A stretch of DNA of 64,000 nt, from positions 1 through 64,000 of the forward strand of contig NIVC01001829.1 of assembly GCA_002269645.1 (NCBI GenBank), given 5' to 3'. Origin of the DNA: Macrostomum lignano (taxonomy: Eukaryota). Under the pieces are notes generated by a model. It was not told the origin of the DNA. It made no database searches and worked only from the letters and a program-made list of their open reading frames with translations. A program made the translations under genes and the position numbers. Position 1 is the first letter of the stretch. Each line of letters starts with the position of its first letter. Shown here piece after piece: positions 1 through 11,262 of this stretch.

Positions 1-1056
1 ACAGACTCTCTGATTCAGATTCATATTCATATCAATATCAATTAGAAGCCACAGTTATGCGGATTATTCTATCCAGTATAATATGACTTTAGTTTAGTAT
101 CTTCAGTGTACATTCTTTAGTCACAAATGTTAAATCATATTTGTGAATGAGGTAATAATAGTAATAGCTAGTTAAGCAAATTTATAAAAACAGACTAGGC
201 CTGTAGCCCTTATCATTTTATAATTTATGCACAATACATTTTACGGTAATCTTGAACTTCGTAAAGACGGTCTCTGACTGTTTTTACCCTGGTTGCCTCT
301 CTGGTAGCTTGTCTAAGGGTTGCGCGCAATCCGATTGGCCTGGCTTCGGCTAGCCCAATAACTAAGGGTCCGCCCGGAGGGGCTGTGCCTGTTCAAAAAT
401 ATACCCTATCTTTTCTAACCAATAGAATTTCGGCCTCGGCCTTGGTTTAAGGGGGGGTGCCCAGAGTGAGTAGGTACTCTGGACTGCAGTGTGGCTAGGA
501 CGGGACTGAGCCCCCGGTCGTACCCGCCCTGCAGGAAAGAAAATGACCGATTCACAAAGGTGCACGGTAGGCCCAGTAGACTGCCAGCCCTGAGGCTGAG
601 CCCCGGGTAACAGGTTGAGGGGGCCTGTGTGGTTTCAGGTGCTCCTCCAGTTATGTTTTAGTCCCATTACAGTATTGGTTTTATCAAATCCCGGCCTATG
701 TAGCCGTCCAATCTCTCGGAGTAATGAGCTCTGCCACTGCCCGGTCCACCCTGCTCTGTTTTTGGGTCCATCTACTGGCTCCTGCTGACGGTCCCTGCTT
801 GCGTGTCTCTGGCTCTCATCCTGACAGTGGATTGGTGTCCTGGGAAGGATGTTCGTCCCGTACCGGGGACAACCGGCTGAGTCTGGTGTCCTCTTGCCCC
901 TGGTGCCTCTTCTCGACCCCTTGGCCTGCCCCCAATAATGAGCTGGATAGGCGATGCCCTTGTGGCTTGCAGCCTATAGGAGGGTTTTCTGGTTTACCTC
1001 TTGATAGGAGACTCGCCCTCGGATACAAGCCTCCCAGACTCGCTCCAATAGTTAGC

Positions 1057-1136
1057 CCTTTCCAAGACTTCTGGGTTTCCCCGCTCTTGGACGGCTCCTT
1101 TCCAAGACTTCTGGGTTTCCCCGCTCTTGGACGGCT
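1057..1136. repeat. 40-bp tandem duplication (2 copies)
   Basis: cctttccaagacttctgggtttccccgctcttggacggct occurs at 1057-1096 and 1097-1136. Confidence 0.9.
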
Positions 1137-2319
1137 TAAGTAGTATATCCAATTCTGTTTTTCGCGCACTCCGAGGACCTGTCTGCTGGGGGGGGGGGGT
1201 GGCCTGGGTGGACTCGGTCTTAGCACCGTCCCTGATTCCACTGTTGGTTTGGCGGTGTCTTGTACCGTAGGTTTAGGTCCACTTCGCCTCCCGTGCTTTA
1301 TGCCGGGCCCAATCTCCATCCCAATCGGGGTATATCGGGCTCTAAAACAGCTAATGCTGTGCCCCTGGCAGTGCCTGTCGCGGCAGAGCCCTTCCATGTG
1401 GCTGATCCGCGGGTCCCCCTTAGGACCCTTTTGTTTAACAAACAAACAATCTTGAACTTTATAGTTCAATAAAATGCTTTAAATTTTGTGGAAAACATTT
1501 TTGCATATCCTAATATCTTTCTTCTGAATTCCCAAATGGCAATAATTATGTGAGTTACTCAATTGGAGCTTTGCTGTTGTTACCAATCACTAATTATTTG
1601 CCGTAACCCTTCTTGTAGAGGAAGTATTGTGCTAGTCGGGCAGAAAATGCTGTCAAACTAATGCTGAAAATGCTGATATTGACAGCAAAACCTTCCGTTT
1701 TGTGCCAATACAATATGGAAGGTCGAAGAGGGGGGGGGAGCAAAAACTACCTGCGCCAGTGGCCGACTGTGCAATCGGTGAGTCTCTTAATTTGCGTTAT
1801 TTATTTTTTAAATAAAGACGTATAGTTGTGGCAAAATCTAAAATCCAACTTTTCATGAATCGTGCTGGACTCAAAATCACTGCGACGTCAGTTAGGATGC
1901 GTCGGTGCCCGTTCTTTTATCGGCAGCATTCTAAAACGAATGATGCGGAAATCGAAATGTGACAGACAGATCGACGACGACGCAGACGTAGAGAGCGACT
2001 AATAACTCCCCCGGCTTGCCCGTCAGGCTTGACGTTTTATTCGCCGACGTAGTCCGACTTGGTCGGCCAATAAAACCTTTTTGCTACGTCTCTTTAAAGA
2101 GAAAAGAAATTGCATTGCTCAGTGAAAATTCTCAGTTGCTAATTTTTCACTTTCGCCTTTGTTATTTGTCAACGTATCAGTTCCCCAAAACTGTCAAAAA
2201 AGTCTGACATTTCAGTCAAGCAGCCAGGTCACGTGATTGCAAAACTCAAAAGTGCAAAAAGTAAGAGCAATATGCCTGTGGTGGATTGTCATTATTAAGG
2301 TCTCATAGAAGTCACCTGG

Positions 2320-2456
2320 GACCGTCCCTAGGACGTCTCAAAATTACATATCGGATACGTATCTACAACTATCAAAAGTACTATCCCTGGGACGAGACTT
2401 TGGGAATTCAGGGGGTCGTCTCCGATACGTATCGATACGAAATTTTGCGTTACGGG
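2320..2456 (+). mobile_element. Possible right end of a CACTA/EnSpm-like element
   Basis: Clustered GGACGTC/GATACGTATC motifs end in ...ttttgcgttacggg (a CCCG-type terminus on the other strand), the same architecture as the CACTA end at 13561-13731. No matching left end was found. Confidence 0.35.
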
Positions 2457-3194
2457 TAACAAGCTCAGCAAATTTACGGTGTCTCATCATTTGAACGACC
2501 GCGCCGCTACACGACTGCTCCGCTACGATTACGACTACCCTCCCCCCCAGACTAGAGAACCCGGCATTTGGAGTAAAACAGGAGAAAGGATTTCGTTGTG
2601 ATTCGTCTGCGCGATTTCCGGATTATTCGTGTGAACTCAACGCCGGCGGCAATTCAAACGTGGAATTCGCCCCACTTCATTGGTGTCAGCAACTAATTTC
2701 AATCAACCCATTTCCAAGAAAACTTTCTCAACCCCTCACGTGTCTTCAAATAAGGTTAAATAATAAATTGATTGAAAAGATAGTTTATCATAACAACAGG
2801 TGACAAGTCTTAAAAAATTCTTTTTCTCGACACAAAAAATAGTGTAGGTATGAGAGTTAAGAAATAATTAATTTCCTAGATTCTCTGTTTTTTCTTAAAG
2901 CTAAAATTCCAACAAAAATGATTTGTTAACATGCGTGTTACATGTTTTCTCACTTCTTTTTGAATTGTTACACTACTTACAGAAATTAAGCATGTGTTCA
3001 ACAGATTTTAAATAATGGTTGCTCATTGTCCATTGATCATCTGCATTTCTTTTATTTGTTTGCATAATTTAATTTTAGATAAAAGCAAGTGACAATATAT
3101 TTTTACTTTTAGTCTCAATTATAGAATCAAAAGACAGCAGTGAGCTTGAGTGAGCACGAAATTTAGGTATACTAAATAAAGAATGTCAACTCAC

Positions 3195-4510
3195 CTTTCC
3201 AGCACGGCAGCAAATGCTAGCTGGCTCGTCCTTCCAGCGTAGCGCCCTTCAGTGCGGACATTGGCGGTCCATGCGACCGAGCACATGTGGCTGGTGTGCC
3301 AGATCCAGCAGCCTGTGGCAATGAAAAAAGAGCATTTTTATCAGGACTTATCCTTGAAAATCCAGATCTACATGCAGAAAGTTTAATAGTCTCCAAGAAT
3401 GAGCAGCCGCACATAAGGTGACCGGAAATTTCGTCAAATACCCTTTTAAATAGTCATGTTTGTCATTTCGTCAAAAAGTGTGGTAAAGAGAATAGAGATG
3501 TGTGCATGGAAGGTAGGTATAATGGTTTTTTAAAGTGAAGTGTTACTAAGAAAAACATTTTAATTTTTAAAAACTTCTTTCAAAGCAAACCCATTCTTCT
3601 TTTCTTAGAAACCCATCGCTTAAGCAAATAGTTGTAAAGTCCATCTTAAATATATTTATCCTAACTTAGCAGGACATTATATTACTTAATGAGAAAATTT
3701 TTTTAACTTAAATTTAAAACAGAAATGGGCTCTGTTTTATCTACCATTTGACGAAATGACGAAATGTCTGTTTGAATAGCAGAATAAAATATAAGAACCC
3801 CTTTTAGCTATCTCCACGCCAATCTACCTGTGCGTGTAGACGGCCTTCGCAGTCGTCAGCAGACTCAGCCGCGCGATGCTGACTCTGGCGCTGCCGCTGC
3901 GCCTCCAGGCGATGCAGATGGACCGCCTCGTCCTCGGCTTCACGGCATTCAGCTGTGCGCAGTCGATTTGCTTCAAGACGATGATGGCGCTCGTCGGGTG
4001 TCTCCGACGCCCTGCGCTTCTTGGCTGCCGATGCAGCGCGTGTAGAACGGGAAATATTTCCGCGTTTCGGTGGCATTTTAAGCAAATAGTAAATATAAAA
4101 AATGAGTAAACAGAAGAAAATTGCAAAATCGGCAGATCAGATTGGAGATCACAATCGATTATGATTTGGAGAGAAATAAACCTGAATTGAAAATTCGCCT
4201 CCTTAAGAAGGACCCAGCGTACAAGATTTTTCGTCTGTAAAAATCAATAAAAAAGAGCCTTTAGCCCCGACCAGTCTGTCCGCCCAGCCAATGCAGGGGC
4301 TGACTAAAGGCGCCGATAATAAAACCAATTGAATCTCGGCACAGTCCTAGCTATCTGCTTACATTGTACAACTGTTATGTACACACAGCCTAAGCCCAAC
4401 CCCTTTTTCCGAGGGATCATTAAATTTAACTGCTCCCCAAACACGCGAGGGTTTTATTTGCGTTGAACGCAGAACACGCGCACTCCCCCTCCCCCAATAC
4501 ACAGCGACCC
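3195..4510 (-). pseudogene. Helitron relic: exons 1-2 of a Rep/helicase gene plus upstream region, inverted relative to the main Helitron
   Basis: 4076-3808 encodes MPPKRGNISRSTRAASAAKKRRASETPDE..., homologous to 45977-46386. 3312-3195 (118 nt) matches exon 2 at 46530-46647 but has TGA in place of a Cys codon, and the exon-1 donor is mutated GT>CT. 4310-4510 is the reverse complement of ~36495-36690. Confidence 0.9.
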
Positions 4511-6021
4511 GCGGGCCACATGACCCCGAAATTGCGAAGAAATTATTAATCTTATAATTTTATTACGGTTTCGTACATTAAATGCAATTTTCGTAAGGCA
4601 ATTTCATAAAATTACAATTTCGTTTTATACGAAGATTGCAATTCCTGTAATTCTCAATTTTTAAGATACTACTTGTTTGAGTAGAGGGAATAGAATTTTT
4701 AAATTACAAATCTTGCACTTCTGCTGCACACTGCAATTACAATTTATGTAATCTGCATGGGAACTGTTATTTAATGCCACTTACGTATTTATTCATTGAG
4801 TTGTTTGATCAGACTGAAATGAAACTTACATGTAATATTATGAACATAAGAAAACAAAAAGGACGTAGCGCTATTCACTGAAATATGACTTTGTTTTTGA
4901 AGAATCATGTTATAAACCCAATTTATGACTTAAAATACTTATATTAGAAAAACTGTGCACCAAATTATACTTAAAATGAAGTAAATGAATACTTAAACTA
5001 TGAAGTATAAAAAACTATATTTTGTGACTTGATTACTGTTTTATAATTTTTTTTGACGAAACTAGTATTAATTTTTGTTTATCTCAACACAATTATCCGA
5101 ATATTCTAATTGCATTCTGCATCTTCTCTTGTGCAGTATAAACATATTACCTTAGGCTTTATAGCCTAAAAAGTCCAGGTTTCATGCCTTCTAGTCTTAT
5201 TCTGCAACTGGAAAATTCTCTAACCATAATTTTCAATCAAAATTGTTTATGCCTATCTGTGCTTATGCCTATGATTTTGTAATTTAATTCAGATTTACAT
5301 TCATACTTATATAGCATAGGTAGGGCCTAAATGGATTAAAAATCATTCAGCCATTATTTTGGTTTCAGTGAGAAAACTTAATATATAATAGCCTATGGGG
5401 CTAATATTTTCATTAAGCTATTAGTTATAGCCATGGCTAATTCAAGGAAATGGGCTTTGCTTGCTTGCCGTGCAAAGCCTTTGCTTTGACCTTTCTAATT
5501 CTAGGCTAATATATAATGATTGTTGTGATACCACTGATACAGTTGGCCTATGTGCCATAGTTTGGAAGGCGAAATGTACAACAGGATTTTCCAGTGTACA
5601 AAAAGGGTAGCTAGGGGTGTAAGACCAAGATGGCCACACACCAAGATGGCCACAGCTGGGGTGGGGGTCACGGAAAATGACAGCTGGTTTACTATTGGAT
5701 AGCTTCGGGTGGGGAGATGTGGGGTTGCAATGGGGGGGTTTAGACAGGCAGTCAAAATTTTATTAGTATATTGCAGGGCTAAAGACAAAAATGGTTACGA
5801 GTCTTAATTTCCTACTTATAGTAGGCCCCAAAGAGGTGTAAACATATTTCGTATTAAACAAATCTCTTCTTCATATAAAATCTGGTGTAGCTTTTTCCAT
5901 TTCTCTTATTGGTCGAGACTAATTTACTTGTTTAAAGGAATAAAAACTGGGTAAATTTCATGCCCTGTTCAAAATTCATCTGTCTCATTCACTGACAGTA
6001 GTCTAAGCACTTAGATACAAA

Positions 6022-7050
6022 ATGGCAGGCGCATATCCATGTGTAGTCTGTCTGCAGCCAGTTTGCGAAGGACAAGAAGCAATTGAGTGTTCTCAATGCT
6101 TGAATTGGCAGCACCGTGCATGCGATAGTTGCGTCACAATCGATGAGTATTCTGCAATGAGAAATGTCGGTGAGTTTTTTTGGCTTTGCAATCAATGCAA
6201 TAGACGGGCTCCTGCAGGTAACTTAGCAGTGTCTCAAGCTGCAGATGCTGCAGAGGTACATGTACAAGCCCCGAATTCTGGACCAGCGGCTGTTCCTCTG
6301 CCTGCTGAAAATCCAGAACCAGTGCATTTGATTCCGGCACAAGCAGAAAATTTTCTTTACCAGTATCCAGATTTCAATGACCCTGATCCAGCTCTGGAAG
6401 AATCCATTCAAATTCCTCCAGCAGAGCTTGCACCGCCTCGCAGCCCACCTCCCCAGCCCTTTGAGATTCTTACAGGTGCAGGATGCAGTCACGGAAAAGA
6501 CCTTCTAGTGTAGTATGTCCAACGAGACCTTGGCCATCTGATGGATGAAAAAACGCGGCGAAATGGCAACACATACTATCGCTGCACTAAGCGTTTATCA
6601 CTGCACTGTCATGGCTCCGCAGTCCGCCGTGCTGATGGAACCATAGAATCCCTTGCTCCGCACACGTGCGATCCAGTTGATCGGCCAGCTCAGAAGAGAA
6701 AGGCAGCAAAGGAGGTATAGGAGGGAGCAAAGCGCATGTTGTTTACCTCTGCTAGAATTATCGCGGAGGAGAAGGTAAGAGAATTTTCACCTGAAGTGCA
6801 GGAGGTGCTTAGTATTGAGTCATTAAGTCGCAATGCTAATTACAGACGCAAAAAAGATCGCCCTATGGAACCTGTTGACGTACATTTCAAGTTGATCCTA
6901 GACATGTACCTGCCCAGTTTCATTTGCAGGATGTGACAGTTCCTGAGACAAACGGGCGACACTTCGTCTTCATGACGACAACTCAGCGAAAACTATTATC
7001 AACCCGACGAATCTTGAAGTGCGACGGAACGACGCTCAAATTTGGGATGG
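6022..7050 (+). pseudogene. Mutator-like (MULE) transposase pseudogene with N-terminal PHD finger and FLYWCH/WRKY-like zinc finger
   Basis: C4HC3 PHD (CVVC...IECSQCLNWQHRAC...WLCNQC). After the stop at 6511-6513 the frame gives GNTYYRCTKRLSLHCHGSA...HTC. At 6931-7047 it gives DVTVPETNGRHFVFMTTTQRKLLSTRRILKCDGT, the MULE RHxxF...DGT first-catalytic-Asp region. Stops and frameshifts are present and the C-terminus is missing. Confidence 0.72.
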
Positions 7051-7271
7051 GGGGGGGTTCATTGCGTCGCACTTACAGAGCAAGCAGCCTTTACTTGGGC
7101 TAGTCACTGCATGTATGTGTGACTTAGTGCACTTCTGCCTCCGTATTTCATCATCACCTCACCATCCCCATCATTATGCATGATATTATATTATATCGTG
7201 AATGGGTGGCAACTGATGCAGCTTTTTTAGTTTTTTATTTCCACTTCTATTCAGTTCACATACGAGCCGTA

Positions 7272-7595
7272 TTCTGTTGTTTAAGTTGAATACAAAAGGT
7301 AGGCGGGTTGCTTTCAATTCAAGCTTGAATGAGCAAAGAGTTAAATTATGGTCAAACAGTCCTCACACTGCTCTCCTAGTGGTGGTGGTACCTCACGGAT
7401 AGTTACATTCAAGCCAACCCTAGTGCAACTTTTTTCTGTTGTTTAAGTTGAATACAAAAGGTAGGCGGGGTTGCTGTCAATTCAAGCTTGAATGAGCAAA
7501 GAGTTAATTTATGGTCAAACAGTCCTCACATGCTCCCCTAGTGGTGATGCCTCACGGATCGTTACACTCAAGCCAACCCTAGAGCAACTTTTTTT
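7272..7595. repeat. ~162-bp tandem duplication (2 imperfect copies)
   Basis: ttctgttgtttaagttgaatacaaaaggtaggcggg...gcaactttt starts at 7272 and again at 7434. Confidence 0.9.
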
Positions 7596-7954
7596 TCAAT
7601 CTTGGCCTTTACTGATACGATACGATTTGAAGTCATATAAATACAGTCTAAATAACTGACTGGCTTGCGTGGAGATAGAAATCTATCTATATAAAACAGC
7701 TCACCTCAAATCAGCCATATCGTTATTTTTCGTTGCGATTTTTTTTTCAGTTTTAACATTTTTAGCTAACTGCTATGGTTGGTAACCATGATAACAATTT
7801 GGTTCGTAAATAAATAACTCAATATAGTGATTTTGCATGCAGCACTTAGCATGAAGCCTCAGATTTATTTATGTAAATATCATTTGTACTCTTTATGCAC
7901 TGAGACAAATTTGCACAGATATGAGATGCATGTATTTTTCAGCAATTACTGATA

Positions 7955-9250
7955 CGAGGGTCACTCCGAAAGTTTTTGCGTTCGACCACTTCCCCGCAAG
8001 CCAGCGCCGTAAAATTGCACCAAACCTTAATTCCAGAAGTTTTCAACTTGCTTATAAAAATTCAAGTGCCCAGCTTTAAGAGAAGCAACGCAATCTGCAA
8101 TTGAAATTCAGTTTTCAGCCGCCTGCCAGCCATGGCCGCCGAACTGTCGAGGCGCGACATCCGCGCCATAATTTTCTACAACTTCAAGCGCGGCCTCACG
8201 ACGCAGCAATGCCACGAGAAGATGCAGGCAGCTTTGGGAGATTCTGCGCCTTCGATCCGCACCATCCAGAACTGGTACCGCGACCTTCGGGCTGGACGGT
8301 GCAGCCTGGACGACGACGACCGAGAAGGACGTCCTGCGACAGCAACGACTGGAGAAAACGTCGAGCTGGCACGCAGCCTGATCGAAGAGGATCGGCGTGT
8401 GACCCACGTGCAATTGGAGCAGCAGCTGGGCATTGGATCCGGGCAAGTGCAGAAGATTTTGCACGAACACCTTGGCGTACGGCGACTGTGCGCTCGTTGG
8501 GTGCCGCATTTGCTGACGCAGCAGCAGAAGGATGAACGCGTGCGGTGGTGCCGCCAGATGCTCGCTGACTTCCAGGACGGCGCCGCACGTGGTGTTTTCG
8601 ACGTCGTGACGGGCGACGAAACCTGGGTGTTCCAGCACGACCCCGAGACGAAGCGCCAGTCGTCGGTGTGGTGCTTCTTTGGCGAGGAGTCACCAACGAA
8701 GGTTCGCTGCTCCAGGAGCGTCGGCAAAGCCATGGTCGCCAGCTTCTTCGGCAGATCAGGCCACGTGGCGACTGTGGTGCTGGACGGGCAGCGAACAGTG
8801 ACGGCGGAGTGGTACGTCACAGTCTGCCTGCCGCAGGTGCTGCAGGCGTGGCAGGAGCGGCGTCCCAAACGCGGAATCCGCGGCCTTCGCCTGCACCACG
8901 ACAACGCGAGTTCGCACACGGCGCAGCGAACCATCACGTTCTTGGCCGAAAATCATGTTTCCGTGGTCGGACACCCGCCCTACTCGCCCGACCTGGCTCA
9001 GTGTGATTTTTTTCTGTTTCCGAAGGTGAAGGCCGGGCTTCGTGGACAGAGATTTCCCACGGTTGAGGACGCGATTCGTGCGTACAGGGACGGTGTGGAT
9101 GCACTGACAAAACAGGACTGGGCTGCGGCCTTTGAGCAGTGGTTTGAGCGAATGCGAAAGTGTGTGTGCGCGCAGGGCAACTACTTTGAACAGATGTGAG
9201 GGGGTTTAGCTCTGGCGAAAGCTGAAAGTGGTCGAACGCAAAAACTTTCG
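7955..9250 (+). mobile_element. mariner element (~1.3 kb), right TIR lacking its outer 12 bp
   Basis: TA at 7953-7954 and 9251-9252. The left TIR is cgagggtcactccgaaagtttttgcgttcgaccactt (7955-7991). 9226-9250 is the exact reverse complement of 7967-7991 only. Confidence 0.93.
8132..9199 (+). CDS. mariner D,D34D transposase, uninterrupted 355-aa ORF
   Basis: N-terminal HTH-like region, WVPHLL, TGDETW, HHDNASSH and HPPYSPDLAQCDF motifs; 34 residues between the second and third Asp. Confidence 0.96.
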   Translation: MAAELSRRDIRAIIFYNFKRGLTTQQCHEKMQAALGDSAPSIRTIQNWYRDLRAGRCSLDDDDREGRPATATTGENVELARSLIEEDRRVTHVQLEQQLGIGSGQVQKILHEHLGVRRLCARWVPHLLTQQQKDERVRWCRQMLADFQDGAARGVFDVVTGDETWVFQHDPETKRQSSVWCFFGEESPTKVRCSRSVGKAMVASFFGRSGHVATVVLDGQRTVTAEWYVTVCLPQVLQAWQERRPKRGIRGLRLHHDNASSHTAQRTITFLAENHVSVVGHPPYSPDLAQCDFFLFPKVKAGLRGQRFPTVEDAIRAYRDGVDALTKQDWAAAFEQWFERMRKCVCAQGNYFEQM

Positions 9251-9354
9251 TATCCAAGAAACGCAAGGCTTCAATCAAAGTCTGACAATTCTGAAATCTC
9301 GTCAAAAAAGGCCGAACCTCTAAATACATGTACAGATACAAGTCTGATACAAAC

Positions 9355-9540
9355 AGAAGAGAGAAGAGATCAGATAGAAGAGATGAAAGAGGAGAAAGGA
9401 GAGATGAGAAAGAAGAGACGAGAAATGAGACAGTAGAGCTAGAACAGAGGAGAGAGGAGAGAGGAGAGGGAAGAGATTATAGAGACGAGTGGAGAGAGAA
9501 GAGAAATATGTGATAGCAGACATGAGAGACAATGGGAGAG
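9355..9540. repeat. Purine-rich (GA) low-complexity tract
   Basis: Almost only A/G on the + strand, same texture as the tracts in the Helitron units. Confidence 0.8.
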
Positions 9541-11157
9541 AATGGTATAAAGAAAGGTCTAGTATTTTTGGCTTTTCATGTTCCTGAGATTTGTGAACAA
9601 CTAGTTAATACTGATAATATCAAGATTCTGGTTAATATTGATGGTGTGCCTATTTATAATAGTCAGTTTGGCTTTTGGACAATTCTTGGCACTTTGGAAA
9701 AGCTTCCTGGTAGTGTTTTTCTTATTGGTGCCTACTATGGACCAGGAAAGCCAGATTCTTCTAATGAATTTTTGCTAGAATTTGTCTTGGAGATGAAAGA
9801 ACTAGCTGAGAATCAAGGATTACAGATTGTACCATGTAGGCAAAAAGTGCCAGTTACACTTCAGTGGATTGTATGTGACCTTCCTGCAAGAAAATTTGTA
9901 AAGAATACAGCTGGTCATACAGGCTATTATTCATGTGATCATTGTTCAACCAAAGGTGTGTTTGATGAACAAGCTCGAATGGTTGTTTTTCCTGAAACAA
10001 ATGCAGTTCGGCGGACTAAAGATTCATTTCGTTTGCGTTTACAAACTGAGCATCATAAGGCAACATCATCATCTTTTGAACAGATTGCTGTGGACATGGT
10101 TAGGAGTTTTCCTAGTGATTCAATACATGTTCTCTACAAAGGTGTTGCACAAAGGTTGCTTGGAAATCTTAACTCTGGACCTGCTAAGTTCCGCATTAGT
10201 CCAAAAAATAAGCTGCAGATCAATGAGTGGCTTAAAGATATTGGGAAGTTAACACCATCAGATTTTCAACGCAAGCCAAAATCTATTGCACATGTCAACT
10301 CATGGAAAGCAACTGAGCTGCGTCAATTCTGCTTGTATCTTATCCCTCTTGTGCTACCAAAATATGTGCCTAAGGAAGAAGCAACTGACTTATTTCTTTG
10401 CTTGCATCTCATCTGTATTCTTCTGAACTGTCCACGAATAGTCAACAATCAACATTCCCTACTTCAACAGTTTGTGAAGGCATTTTATAACCTTGGGCAA
10501 GAACTTTTGGGTGCAAGCCTATTTACACCAACTGTTCATGGTCTTCAGCACCTCGTTGAAGATTTCATTGCACATGGTGATATTGAACAATTCTCAGCCT
10601 TCCAGTTCGAAAACTTCAGTCGGTTTGTCAAGCGGAGCATCCGATCTGCTAATCTTCCTCTTCAACAGTTAGCAAATCGAGTCGAGGAGCAGGGGCCATG
10701 TCTAGGTCAGCACAGGAACATTCGTATATCCAAGTTAAAGGCTCGATGTGCATTTTCAGAACACTTTTCGAGCATTGCACCTGTTCCTCCAGACTATGCA
10801 GGCTTTATGCAGTTTAAGAAAATTCAAATAAGTTCAGAGATCCAGCTTGCACTTAGGCAGCGCGACTCTTATTTTTCTATTGTTGTTAGTGGTAGGATGA
10901 AAGTTTGCAAGCTTGCCAATATTCTTCGCGACACTCGAGATTCTTCTTGTCTGTTAGTGTACCAAGAATTCAAGGAAGTGTGTCCTTATTATGAGAAGCC
11001 CATCCGATCATCAGAAATTGGTATCTATCGTCTAAGGCGCCTGGACCGAAGTTTCAAAACCTGCAATGCTGGGGCTGTTAAATCGAAGTTTATGGTGCTG
11101 CCAGCAGGCCAAGAATCAAGGGACAGCTATGCTGTCACCCTTTTGCATACCATCTAG
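9532..11157 (+). CDS. CACTA/EnSpm-family transposase (541-aa open frame, probably N-terminally truncated)
   Basis: VNIDGVP, FWTILG, GPGKP, VCDLPARKFVK..GHTGYYSCDHC, FPSDSIH, WKATELRQF and FSAFQFENF motifs, typical of animal EnSpm transposases. Confidence 0.85.
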   Translation: MGENGIKKGLVFLAFHVPEICEQLVNTDNIKILVNIDGVPIYNSQFGFWTILGTLEKLPGSVFLIGAYYGPGKPDSSNEFLLEFVLEMKELAENQGLQIVPCRQKVPVTLQWIVCDLPARKFVKNTAGHTGYYSCDHCSTKGVFDEQARMVVFPETNAVRRTKDSFRLRLQTEHHKATSSSFEQIAVDMVRSFPSDSIHVLYKGVAQRLLGNLNSGPAKFRISPKNKLQINEWLKDIGKLTPSDFQRKPKSIAHVNSWKATELRQFCLYLIPLVLPKYVPKEEATDLFLCLHLICILLNCPRIVNNQHSLLQQFVKAFYNLGQELLGASLFTPTVHGLQHLVEDFIAHGDIEQFSAFQFENFSRFVKRSIRSANLPLQQLANRVEEQGPCLGQHRNIRISKLKARCAFSEHFSSIAPVPPDYAGFMQFKKIQISSEIQLALRQRDSYFSIVVSGRMKVCKLANILRDTRDSSCLLVYQEFKEVCPYYEKPIRSSEIGIYRLRRLDRSFKTCNAGAVKSKFMVLPAGQESRDSYAVTLLHTI

Positions 11158-11262
11158 GTTCGCTAACCACATTTTGCATTTATATATAAAAATATCAATA
11201 TTTTTCTGATTTACGCCATATATCATGTCATATTACAAACAAATGAAATGTTCAATTTCCAG

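Noticed and set aside
362-1472. Overlapping ORFs (217 aa minus, 139 aa plus) as a gene
   Set aside because: No recognisable motif; a GC-rich low-complexity stretch, possibly a retroelement leader or ORF1 relic, that cannot be assigned
7680-7700. atctatctatataaaac as another Helitron 5' end
   Set aside because: No following microsatellite or homology to the units, and no matching 3' end
8101-9006. Alternative-frame and antisense ORFs over the mariner, Helitron exons and LINEs
   Set aside because: Shadow ORFs expected from GC-rich coding sequence
8132-9199. Horizontal transfer inferred from the high GC of the mariner ORF; SETMAR-like fusion
   Set aside because: Helitron and LINE coding regions in the window are similarly GC-rich, so GC alone is uninformative; no SET domain is adjacent
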